Origin: a virus
Lineage: Duplodnaviria > Heunggongvirae > Uroviricota > Caudoviricetes
Strand: one strand, 5' to 3'
DNA: 19,905 nt
Virus record (IMG/VR): IMGVR_UViG_3300022932_000016
Span: 1 to 19,905 of that record
Shown here: in pieces, positions 12,415 through 19,905 of the stretch
How positions within the stretch are numbered: the first letter of the stretch is position 1
How the letters are laid out: each line of letters opens with the position of its first letter
Made by a program: the position numbers and the translations under genes
Notes under the pieces: generated by a model
Told to the model about the DNA's origin: nothing
The model's input: the letters and a program-made list of their open reading frames with translations, nothing else
Database searches by the model: none

Positions 12415-12801
12415 ATGGCAGACTTAAATACCGTCACCATCACAGGGCGTCTTACAAAAGACCCAGAACTAAAATCAACAACAACAGGCAAGAACGTCGT
12501 AAGTTTCTCTGTAGCAGTAAATGGTTACAAAGAAGGCGACACTAGCTTTATCGACGTTACCGCGTGGGAAAAGACTGCCGAATTAGTTGCTAACCACTTC
12601 AGCAAGGGTTCACGAATCCTACTGCAAGGTCAGTTACAGCAACGAACATGGGACAAAGATGGTCAAAAGCACAGTAAGATCGAGATCAACGCTCGTGAAA
12701 TCGTGTTTATCGACCCAAAGAAGCAAGATAGCGGAAGTCAAGACGTAGTCATCGACGACATTGACGACAAGCCAATCGACTTATCAGCAATCCCATTCTA
12801 A
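12415..12801 (+). CDS. ssb: Single-stranded DNA-binding protein
   Basis: LNTVTITGRLTKDPELK, FIDVTAWEKTAE and KGSRILLQGQLQQRTW, with an acidic tail ending IPF. Start set at the ATG at 12415. Confidence 0.95.
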   Translation: MADLNTVTITGRLTKDPELKSTTTGKNVVSFSVAVNGYKEGDTSFIDVTAWEKTAELVANHFSKGSRILLQGQLQQRTWDKDGQKHSKIEINAREIVFIDPKKQDSGSQDVVIDDIDDKPIDLSAIPF

Positions 12802-12819
12802 TAAACATCGAAACAAAAA

Positions 12820-12850
12820 AGAAAACCCACTCTCGCAGGTGGGTTTTTCT
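12820..12850. terminator. Bidirectional terminator between convergent genes
   Basis: AAAACCCAC/GTGGGTTTT stem with an A-run before and a T-run after. Confidence 0.75.
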
Positions 12851-13064
12851 ATCTCATTAAGCTAACGAAGCTGAGTTTAACGTATCTACGACCGTGCTTC
12901 TTAGCAATTGCTTTACCACGTTCGTCTATAGCGTCTAAGATCGGTTGCGCGCGTTCGTACGCTTCTTCACGAGTAATCGCACCAGTGTTATAAAGACGTT
13001 TAATTTCATCTATCTGGTTGATGTTCGCTTCAGCGTAGTCGGTTACTTTGCTCGTGTCTGTCAT
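12849..13064 (-). CDS. Hypothetical protein (71 aa)
   Basis: ORF track; TGaTATTAT lies 7 nt before the ATG. Confidence 0.7.
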   Translation of the reverse strand: MTDTSKVTDYAEANINQIDEIKRLYNTGAITREEAYERAQPILDAIDERGKAIAKKHGRRYVKLSFVSLMR

Positions 13065-13077
13065 ATAAAGTATAATA

Positions 13078-13437
13078 TCATTTATCTTCGTCTACGTCAA
13101 GGTCTGTGCTGATGAAAAACATGTGACGAGCGAGTTTATGGTGGTATTTGAACTCGAACCAGTTGCTTTTGTGCTTGTGAATAGCCATCGCTACCGTTTG
13201 GTCATTGAAATAACCCACGTCAACCGTGTTGATTACCCCTACAACTGGTGGTCGCAAGACACCGTCGATAGTAACATTACTACCCATTGTGTCACTGACC
13301 AGTACCCTCGGGTACAGTGACGCTTGTTCTACCATGACCTTATTATAACTATTTTTGAGCTTTCGTAAATAACATTCGTGCCCAATCTTCGTGTATAATG
13401 ATACATAGCGGACCAGTCGGTTAGTACCTTTTTTCAT
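13078..13437 (-). CDS. Hypothetical protein (119 aa)
   Basis: ORF track. Confidence 0.65.
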   Translation of the reverse strand: MKKGTNRLVRYVSLYTKIGHECYLRKLKNSYNKVMVEQASLYPRVLVSDTMGSNVTIDGVLRPPVVGVINTVDVGYFNDQTVAMAIHKHKSNWFEFKYHHKLARHMFFISTDLDVDEDK

Positions 13438-13517
13438 TTAGTAATTCATATAATTTATATACAGGAGTAATACAAGCCGACTCGCTACCACCGTGAAAAC
13501 GAGAGAGAGCTTACATT

Positions 13518-13766
13518 ATGAGTATCAAACAATTAGTGTTGTTTGGTGGTGTCAGTGTCGCGATAATCTTGATTATCGGAGCTTTCATCACCGTTTTACC
13601 TGATCGCAAAGATACAGAACCAACTGTCACAATTGAACAGTTGGACAACCAATTAAAGACCATACAGTCAGATAACGATTCTGGCTTAATTTCACTTGAA
13701 GAGAAGCAAGAAACACTTGCCACACTTGAAACCGAGCGTCAGTCGCTCGAAGCGAGACTTAGATGA
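13518..13766 (+). CDS. Membrane-anchored coiled-coil protein
   Basis: N-terminal hydrophobic helix followed by a charged helix; ATGA overlap with the CHAP gene. Confidence 0.7.
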   Translation: MSIKQLVLFGGVSVAIILIIGAFITVLPDRKDTEPTVTIEQLDNQLKTIQSDNDSGLISLEEKQETLATLETERQSLEARLR

Positions 13767-14341
13767 TAGTCGAGTTCGCTGTTGCTTCACTGATGTCGCT
13801 ACAAGGTATACCTGCGTTACCTAACCCGCAACTAGAACAGCAGCGAGTTCAACAAACAATGATGGTCGAAATGACCAAGCAAATCGCAGAAGAAAAAGCA
13901 GAACGAGAAAAGATCGCGACACAGCGAACAGAACTCGAAGCACAAATTAAGGCAGCAGATGATGCTGTAGCTAACCTCAAGAGCTTCTTTGTTGAGCCTG
14001 GACGCGATTCACCGAATAAAGGTGGTAACAGTTACGCTTGGGGGCAATGTACGTGGTACGCGCGCTCTCAACGACCTGATATAGGTAGTTTCTGGGGCAA
14101 CGCTAATAGGTGGACGTCTTCAGCACGAGCAGAAGGCTTTGAAATCGGTAAAGAACCCAAGATTGGGGCTATCGGTGTAAGTTACGCTGGTTGGGCTGGC
14201 CACGTGTTTATCGTTGAAAGTATGTCTCGCGACAAGACCGAGATGACTATTAGCGAAATGAACTACGCGGGCGGTATTGGACGCGTTAACGTACGAACTA
14301 TCTCATCTGTTGGTTATGATTTCATCTACAGCCTAAAGTAA
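13763..14341 (+). CDS. CHAP-domain peptidoglycan hydrolase with an N-terminal signal and coiled coil
   Basis: NSYAWGQCTWY, WGNANRW, GHVFIVE and ISEMNY motifs. Confidence 0.9.
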   Translation: MIVEFAVASLMSLQGIPALPNPQLEQQRVQQTMMVEMTKQIAEEKAEREKIATQRTELEAQIKAADDAVANLKSFFVEPGRDSPNKGGNSYAWGQCTWYARSQRPDIGSFWGNANRWTSSARAEGFEIGKEPKIGAIGVSYAGWAGHVFIVESMSRDKTEMTISEMNYAGGIGRVNVRTISSVGYDFIYSLK

Positions 14342-14392
14342 ATCTGTGTTAGAATCAGTTCATATATGACATAGATATAGGGGAGGACGATC

Positions 14393-14617
14393 ATGGTCGG
14401 CAAACGCAAACGAATAAGGAATACTATTCGAACAGCTCAAAAGCACGGGGTAAACCTAAACCCGAAAGAGCTGGCGTCATGCACGGGTAAGATTCGTCAC
14501 GCAACCTATGAAATAGCGAAAAACTTTAATATCGAGAAGGGTGACGCGGTGAAAGCCTACAAGTGCCACTTCTGCCCCTTCTATCACGTCGGTCGCGCAC
14601 CGAAGAAAAACAAATAA
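14393..14617 (+). CDS. Small basic zinc-binding protein
   Basis: CTGK...A...AYKCHFCPFYHVG; GGAGG Shine-Dalgarno sequence. Confidence 0.75.
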   Translation: MVGKRKRIRNTIRTAQKHGVNLNPKELASCTGKIRHATYEIAKNFNIEKGDAVKAYKCHFCPFYHVGRAPKKNK

Positions 14618-14913
14618 TGGAATTACTATTTATTCTTATCGGCCCTTTGGCTGTATGGCGCATTGTTCACATGATACAAGAAGAGTCTGGTCCAGGAGCT
14701 ATTTTTGACCGATTCAGAGCGTGGGCTGCAACACACACTTCTGATGAACCAGGGCACTTCTTTGACGGTCTAACTTGTTTTAAGTGCTGTAGTGTCTGGA
14801 TTGCTGGGATATACTCACTATTTTTAGGGCTTAACCCCCTTGAATGGTTTGCAATGACTGTCGCAATTTCTGCTGTCGCAATCTTCATAAACATAAAGTT
14901 CAGCAAATCTTAA
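14617..14913 (+). CDS. DUF1360-like membrane protein
   Basis: AVWRIVHMIQEESGP...FDRFR...LTCFKCCSVW plus two hydrophobic helices; TAATG junction. Confidence 0.7.
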   Translation: MELLFILIGPLAVWRIVHMIQEESGPGAIFDRFRAWAATHTSDEPGHFFDGLTCFKCCSVWIAGIYSLFLGLNPLEWFAMTVAISAVAIFINIKFSKS

Positions 14914-14975
14914 TAGACCCCCCGTTTTTTTAAGCGTATAATACGTAGTAGGAACACAAAGCGGGGGTTTTACCA

Positions 14976-15056
14976 ATGAATACAGAGGAACAAGAAGCAC
15001 AAGCGGAGAAAAACTTGATTGAACTTATCAAGGAGCTAAATGGCAAAAGTGTATGA
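14976..15056 (+). CDS. Possible micro-protein (26 aa)
   Basis: MNTEEQEAQAEKNLIELIKELNGKSV*; ATGA overlap with the next small ORF. Confidence 0.35.
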   Translation: MNTEEQEAQAEKNLIELIKELNGKSV

Positions 15057-15172
15057 AGCCTCACGACCACATAAACTGGTTTGCGGTATCTAGTCGATTT
15101 GTCCTTACGACAATCGTCTTTTTCACCATAATCTCTGTGGTCGCCCACTTACTGACTAAACTTACTTACTAA
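15053..15172 (+). CDS. Possible small membrane protein (39 aa)
   Basis: MKPHDHINWFAVSSRFVLTTIVFFTIISVVAHLLTKLTY*; converges on the minus-strand gene. Confidence 0.45.
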   Translation: MKPHDHINWFAVSSRFVLTTIVFFTIISVVAHLLTKLTY

Positions 15173-15552
15173 CTAATATATAATTTCGGTTGCGTATCCC
15201 TAATGTAGGGTATCTGCGCTCGCATTGCTTCAATTGAGAGGTGAGCGAGCTTTTTTTCTATCTCTTTGCAACGAGGGTGCTTGAGTGCCTGTTCAACAAG
15301 CCGCGAGTATTCATCAATACCGTCAAGAACGTGAAAGTCACGGTCTAACCGCGTAACCACGAACTGTGCTACGTGTATTGAAGGCGTAGGCACAGCTGCG
15401 GTCATCTTGTGTAGAAAGTTGTGGGCTTTAACGTCCATATCTTGAACGATAAGACTGGGGTTCTCGCGAATACCCTTTGTAGCGTAGTGACCCTCCCAGA
15501 AACCAGCGTTGTGAGCTGTGTGGTGGTCGTTAGTTTTGTATCTCTCCATCAT
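15169..15552 (-). CDS. Hypothetical protein
   Basis: ORF track; AAGGAG precedes ATG ATG at 15552/15549, overlapping the end of the upstream gene. Confidence 0.7.
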   Translation of the reverse strand: MMERYKTNDHHTAHNAGFWEGHYATKGIRENPSLIVQDMDVKAHNFLHKMTAAVPTPSIHVAQFVVTRLDRDFHVLDGIDEYSRLVEQALKHPRCKEIEKKLAHLSIEAMRAQIPYIRDTQPKLYIS

Positions 15553-16561
15553 ACTCCTTACCATCATAATACGCCTTACCGTCTCTAAATAGAATATGGT
15601 CTACTTGATAATTACCGTCACCGTAGTCGCGAACGTGTGTCATACCTTGTTGCCAGTTCTCTTGATAGTGTACAGGAAGATTGTGATCGTCGACTGCTGA
15701 GTGAAAACCTGGGACTTCACCAGTAGTGCGGCAAAGTGCTCCAGCTACGTATGCACCAAGTACTTTACCTCTTCGGTCGGTACGGTGGAATGATTCTGCT
15801 CGGTGAGCGTGACCTTGCATGACGTTTCGGTCTGGATTTTCTTTAGACAGTTTTTGTGCAGTAGAACCACTAGCTGAAGACATAGTACCGTGCATAAATG
15901 CGAAGTCATCAGCGTATTCGAATGCGGCTGCACCGTAACCACCTACCCAATCAACGCCTACGTGCTGTAGATTCGCGAGGTATGGGTATGTCATTACTGG
16001 GTATTCGTCGCTAGAACCAGCTTGTCGAACACCGTACATCTGTGGCATATTCTTCAATGTGTAGTTCTTTAGACGCACGTTGTGGTTCGAGTCTACCTCT
16101 GTAATCTTAGCGTGAGGGTTATCTGAGCGAAGACCAGCGTAGAAGTCGTGGATTCGTTGCAGCGAAGGTCCTAGAGTCCTGTGAAAGTGGTCTGAATCGG
16201 GGTTGAATCGAGATAAAGCCGCGAAGTCAACTGAGTCGCCAAGGTTGACAATATGGTCTGGCTGCAAATCTCTGCAGATAAACCTAGCTAACCGCATAGC
16301 TCGCTCATCGTGGATAGGTAGAAGCTCACCGCTATCAAGTCGTCGATAGTCGATTTGGCTGTCGCCCATTGCAACAATTGAAGTGAACGGTCGGTCTACG
16401 CCTTTCCGTCTACTAGGGGTAATGCGAGCTGCGACAGCTGGTGAGAACGGTTCGCGGTCATCTATGTACTCGTACGACTGCAGGGTTGTGTGATCCCATT
16501 CGTTCGTTTCGCGGTTAAATGCCGCTGATTCCCATTCTTTTGATAGTCGCTTCTCGCTCAT
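15530..16561 (-). CDS. Metallophosphoesterase (calcineurin-like fold)
   Basis: GDSQ, GDSVD, DSNH, HG and GHAH metal-binding motifs. Confidence 0.85.
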   Translation of the reverse strand: MSEKRLSKEWESAAFNRETNEWDHTTLQSYEYIDDREPFSPAVAARITPSRRKGVDRPFTSIVAMGDSQIDYRRLDSGELLPIHDERAMRLARFICRDLQPDHIVNLGDSVDFAALSRFNPDSDHFHRTLGPSLQRIHDFYAGLRSDNPHAKITEVDSNHNVRLKNYTLKNMPQMYGVRQAGSSDEYPVMTYPYLANLQHVGVDWVGGYGAAAFEYADDFAFMHGTMSSASGSTAQKLSKENPDRNVMQGHAHRAESFHRTDRRGKVLGAYVAGALCRTTGEVPGFHSAVDDHNLPVHYQENWQQGMTHVRDYGDGNYQVDHILFRDGKAYYDGKEYDGEIQN

Positions 16562-16674
16562 TGGTGTACCCCTGTTGTGTGTTTATTTTGTGCTCAGATG
16601 AAACAACAGCCGTACGCTTTGTACGACTGCTGTTCGAATTAAATGATCGAAGCGGGGATTTCGCCCGCTACTCA

Positions 16675-16842
16675 TTATAGTTGCTTGTTACCCGTGAAGT
16701 AGACTTGTGCGCCTACCAAGATACCCACGACTGGTGCAACCCAACCGAATTGACCGCCACCTGGGATAAGCCAGAGTACAATCGCTACGATAATCGCTGC
16801 TACGAGTCCTGTTAATGCTGCTTTTACTAATAGTCCTAACAT
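16675..16842 (-). CDS. Small two-helix membrane protein (55 aa)
   Basis: My translation MLGLLVKAALTGLVAAIIVAIVLWLIPGGGQFGWVAPVVGILVGAQVYFTGNKQL*. Confidence 0.7.
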   Translation of the reverse strand: MLGLLVKAALTGLVAAIIVAIVLWLIPGGGQFGWVAPVVGILVGAQVYFTGNKQL

Positions 16843-16866
16843 GTTACTGTATAGTCTCCTTATTTC

Positions 16867-17115
16867 TTATAGACCTTTTGCGGTCTTTTGTGCTTCATCA
16901 ATTGCTACGTCTGTTGCGGCTTTGTTAGCTGCGTCGATAGCTGGGCTTACGTTGAATGCGGCAAGCGCACCAGCGACAGCAACTTCAGCTGACCAGAGAG
17001 TCACTTCTAGGTCACCAATGATACCGATTGAAAGCAGGTAGGCAATTACAGGTGTACCCACTGCTGTGAGAATGTAGATTGCAACGCGTAGTTGATATGG
17101 AATGTTCAATGTCAT
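16867..17115 (-). CDS. Holin-like membrane protein
   Basis: Two hydrophobic helices (VAIYILTAVGTPVIAYLLSIGII; VTLWSAEVAVAGALAAFNV) and a charged tail. Confidence 0.65.
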   Translation of the reverse strand: MTLNIPYQLRVAIYILTAVGTPVIAYLLSIGIIGDLEVTLWSAEVAVAGALAAFNVSPAIDAANKAATDVAIDEAQKTAKGL

Positions 17116-17136
17116 ATTACTGATCCTTGTTTATGT

Positions 17137-17910
17137 TTAGAATAGCCCGTTTACGAACTTCAGAATGCTACTGATAACACCTGTGTCTTCCTCTGCTGGA
17201 GGGGTTGTGGTGTTATTGGTAGTTGTGTTGTTCGTAGTTGAGTTGTTTGTTACAGGTGCAGGTGTGGTAGTCCGAGAGGTGTTATTGTTCGTTGTGCTGC
17301 CTGGGGTAACGGTTGTAGTGCTACCTGCGTTGGCTGCTTCAAGTTGCTGTATCTTAGCTTGGAGTGCTTCGACTTGCTGTTTTACACTTGCAGGGTCTAG
17401 AGAGGCTTCTTCAACTGTGAATGTAACTGTTCGGTTAGTTTCACAGTGGTCTCGCCATAGAATTACGTCGGTGTAGCATACGTCGAAGTTGAGGTAACAG
17501 TCGCGTGGTAGACCGTCAAATTGCGTTACGTCAGGGATAACGATTGCGTTATCGCGAGGGGGGTTCTGACCAACGGGTCGAGTCGCAGGGATAGAGTCAA
17601 GCTGGATTTCTCGCGCTTTACGTCCGCTACTAGCTTCACAGATAATCGTTCGAATGCTTGTACCCGTTGCGTTAACCAGCTTCTCTGATTTGCTACTGAA
17701 GACTAGAGTGTCGCCAGGGTTAAAGACGGGTTTGTCACCGTTATAGTTTTTGACATCTGTAATCTCAATTTGCCAGTTCGCTAAAACATCAATAGGTTTG
17801 TTCATCAGATAGATAAAGAGACCAAGGATTATTACCAAGAACGATAGGTTGATTAGTATGAGCGGTCGGTGAATGACCCAAGCCCACCAGCCTTTAATGT
17901 TTATTTTCAT
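17137..17910 (-). CDS. Membrane-anchored exported protein with a Thr/Asn-rich linker
   Basis: N-terminal TM segment, Cys-containing beta-rich domain, coiled coil, T/N-rich low-complexity stretch and an amphipathic C-terminus. Confidence 0.8.
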   Translation of the reverse strand: MKINIKGWWAWVIHRPLILINLSFLVIILGLFIYLMNKPIDVLANWQIEITDVKNYNGDKPVFNPGDTLVFSSKSEKLVNATGTSIRTIICEASSGRKAREIQLDSIPATRPVGQNPPRDNAIVIPDVTQFDGLPRDCYLNFDVCYTDVILWRDHCETNRTVTFTVEEASLDPASVKQQVEALQAKIQQLEAANAGSTTTVTPGSTTNNNTSRTTTPAPVTNNSTTNNTTTNNTTTPPAEEDTGVISSILKFVNGLF

Positions 17911-17915
17911 GGCGA

Positions 17916-18125
17916 TTACAATGTTCCTTTTGCTAGGAAATATATTCCTGCAGCTACTATTGCGGCAAGCACCACCGTAATAATACGATTATTTAATAGT
18001 GACGCTAGATTGATACCACTTTTGTTGGCGTCAACATACTGTTTCACCTCCGTCAGCTGCGGCATGATTATTTTGTCTTGATTGAACTCAAGCTCGCTCA
18101 ACCGCTCTGTGGTACTTTTTGTCAT
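17916..18125 (-). CDS. Small C-terminally anchored membrane protein (holin-like or lysis-associated)
   Basis: IITVVLAAIVAAGIYFL TM segment; GGAG upstream. Confidence 0.65.
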   Translation of the reverse strand: MTKSTTERLSELEFNQDKIIMPQLTEVKQYVDANKSGINLASLLNNRIITVVLAAIVAAGIYFLAKGTL

Positions 18126-18222
18126 CTAATTTACTCCAGCGGGGCTGGTTCGTCCGTCTACTATAGTGCTATGTTATGTTTGTGTTTGTTCAACTTTTAT
18201 TATAGCGGGAAGTAGGATTTAG

Positions 18223-19368
18223 CTAGGCTAGATGATCGAGGTGGTGAGAGGGGTTATACCAGCCGTCAGTCTTGAGATCGTGAAGCCGAGAGAGGTAAGC
18301 GTCAAACTGTAAAGCGACAGGTTCAAGAGAGAATCGTTCTTGCGCTCGCTTACGAATGACACGACGTTGCGCAGTTGTAAAGTTTTCAGTCCTACGTACT
18401 GCTTCTAAGAAGTCACCGAATGTATTGCAACGGTAACCGTCTACACCTTGCAAAACAGTTTGAGCGAAGATACCGAAGTTTGTAGTGATAACAGGTGTAC
18501 CAGATAATAGAGACTCAACGTGGACGTTACCGCCTGGCTCAAGATAAGTCGTAGGCATAAGCACAGCGTCAGCGTGGCTCATCAGCTTACCGCGTTCTTT
18601 AACACCGATTGTGCCGATGTATTCACCGTAACCCGTGAACTCTTGCCCTTCGTTAAGCTGACCAGCGATAATAAGACGCTTGCCGAGGTGTTGTGCAACC
18701 TGTTGAGCGATATTATAGCCCTTGCGGTCAATTAAACGACCGATGTATAGAAGATAATTACCCTTTTTGTCACCGCGTTTCACAGCGAATGGGAACTGTT
18801 CTTTAGGGTGGTAAGGTGGAATCACTGCATCGTAAAACTTTCCGTCATCATCGTGACGTTCACCGTACACATAGTGTTGGTGGGTGATAGACTCGAATAC
18901 CTTATAAGGCGAATAAACACCTGTGTAGCCAATAAACAGCTCAGGTGCGATAAGGTCAGGTAGCGCGTCAGTGACTTGCTTCTGGCAGTAGCCAGCTAAA
19001 ACACCAAATAGAACGTCTTCGTCTGGGTGTTCTTTGATATAATCTTGCAAAAATGTGATAGTTCTGTCGTTATATAGAACCCAGTGGGGGTCGTTAGGCT
19101 CCCAAGTCAGGTTGTACATCGTCTTTTTGTACGCGAGTGGGTCACCGAAGAATCTTTCTTGTTCTTTTTTGGTGATAATCGGTACGTGTGAGTGCCCTTC
19201 TTCGTCGATGTCGCAGTCTTCTCCACCAAGTGTAATTACTTTGTACCCAATACGGGCCATCATAATAGCAAAATTGCGCACCTTAGATTGGTACGCGTCA
19301 CTGGAGTATTCTGTGGTCAAGTGTGTGTGTGGTAGTCCTGCGACTACAATAGTAAATCTATCGCTCAT
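18223..19368 (-). CDS. GT-B fold glycosyltransferase (GT4-like)
   Basis: YLLYIGRLIDRKG, EPGGNVHVESLLSGTPVIT and GVDGY motifs; TATAAT lies 6 nt before the ATG. Confidence 0.9.
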   Translation of the reverse strand: MSDRFTIVVAGLPHTHLTTEYSSDAYQSKVRNFAIMMARIGYKVITLGGEDCDIDEEGHSHVPIITKKEQERFFGDPLAYKKTMYNLTWEPNDPHWVLYNDRTITFLQDYIKEHPDEDVLFGVLAGYCQKQVTDALPDLIAPELFIGYTGVYSPYKVFESITHQHYVYGERHDDDGKFYDAVIPPYHPKEQFPFAVKRGDKKGNYLLYIGRLIDRKGYNIAQQVAQHLGKRLIIAGQLNEGQEFTGYGEYIGTIGVKERGKLMSHADAVLMPTTYLEPGGNVHVESLLSGTPVITTNFGIFAQTVLQGVDGYRCNTFGDFLEAVRRTENFTTAQRRVIRKRAQERFSLEPVALQFDAYLSRLHDLKTDGWYNPSHHLDHLA

Positions 19369-19400
19369 ATACTTATTATAATACAGGAAGACCAGTTATG

Positions 19401-19769
19401 CTATTTCGAGCGTGGAATGCGTCCAGCGCGCTCTCCTGAGCTGGCAGGGGCTTTATTTCGTTGCATTAGTATACCTTTTCTACGGTTGCATCGTATGTGG
19501 GCTAACGCGAGGTTCGAGTATGAAGAAGTACCACCTCTTGCGAGTGGCTTGATGTGATCGACTGAGTACATACCCGTCATCGGTGTCTTGCAAAGATAGC
19601 AAAGACGTTTTTGTTCGATTAGCTTCTTACGCCGCCATGTTTTGAAAGCAGCGGTGAGTTTCTTGCGTTCGAATGCGGCTCGTCTCGCTTTAATCTGAGA
19701 TGGGGTAAGCATACCAATGTCACGCTTTTTGCGTTGCACCCATTTAGAGCCAACCTTTACCCAGACCAC
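19401..19769 (-). CDS. HNH endonuclease
   Basis: CYLC, VDHIKPLARGG and NLALAHIRCNRRK motifs. Confidence 0.88.
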   Translation of the reverse strand: MVWVKVGSKWVQRKKRDIGMLTPSQIKARRAAFERKKLTAAFKTWRRKKLIEQKRLCYLCKTPMTGMYSVDHIKPLARGGTSSYSNLALAHIRCNRRKGILMQRNKAPASSGERAGRIPRSK

Positions 19770-19770
19770 T

Positions 19771-19905
19771 TTATATCCAAGCGGCTTTTGAAACTGGAAC
19801 GAGTTGAATCTGGAACTCTTCGAGTCGACAGATAGTCACTGCGTCGAGAGTCACGTCCGCTGCGTAGAACTTTGCGGTCTTCATAGACATCGTAGCGTTG
19901 TCGTA
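19771..19905 (-). CDS. Partial CDS (C-terminus of a gene starting outside the window)
   Basis: Open frame ...YDNATMSMKTAKFYAADVTLDAVTICRLEEFQIQLVPVSKAAWI*, stopping 1 nt before the HNH start. Confidence 0.45.
   Translation of the reverse strand, partial: YDNATMSMKTAKFYAADVTLDAVTICRLEEFQIQLVPVSKAAWI

Noticed and set aside
17190-17330. Repeat element
   Set aside because: This is low-complexity Thr/Asn linker coding sequence, not a discrete repeat array.

Overview
Phage-like DNA with dense small ORFs, a RecT/YqaJ/SSB recombination module, PNK-phosphatase, CHAP hydrolase, holin-like genes, a GT4 glycosyltransferase and an HNH nuclease. A Saccharibacteria (CPR) host is suggested by recalled motifs but not proven. 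The dominant feature is a minus-strand array (996-4560) of 28 tRNA or tRNA-like genes covering all 20 amino acids. The array is split into two units, each with its own sigma70-type promoter, a leaderless short ORF and a mutually exclusive antiterminator/terminator pair. The amino-acid content of each leader matches the tRNAs of its own unit: leader 2 residues 4-22 use exactly the 11 amino acids of unit 2, and 35 of the last 37 residues of leader 1 belong to the 9 amino acids of unit 1. This suggests a translation-sensing attenuation system that switches on replacement tRNAs when the matching host tRNAs fail. Four CCA-ended non-cloverleaf RNAs (64, 104, 116 and about 350 nt) occupy exact tRNA slots, and several tRNAs are structurally unusual. 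All calls were made by eye, without database searches or folding software.
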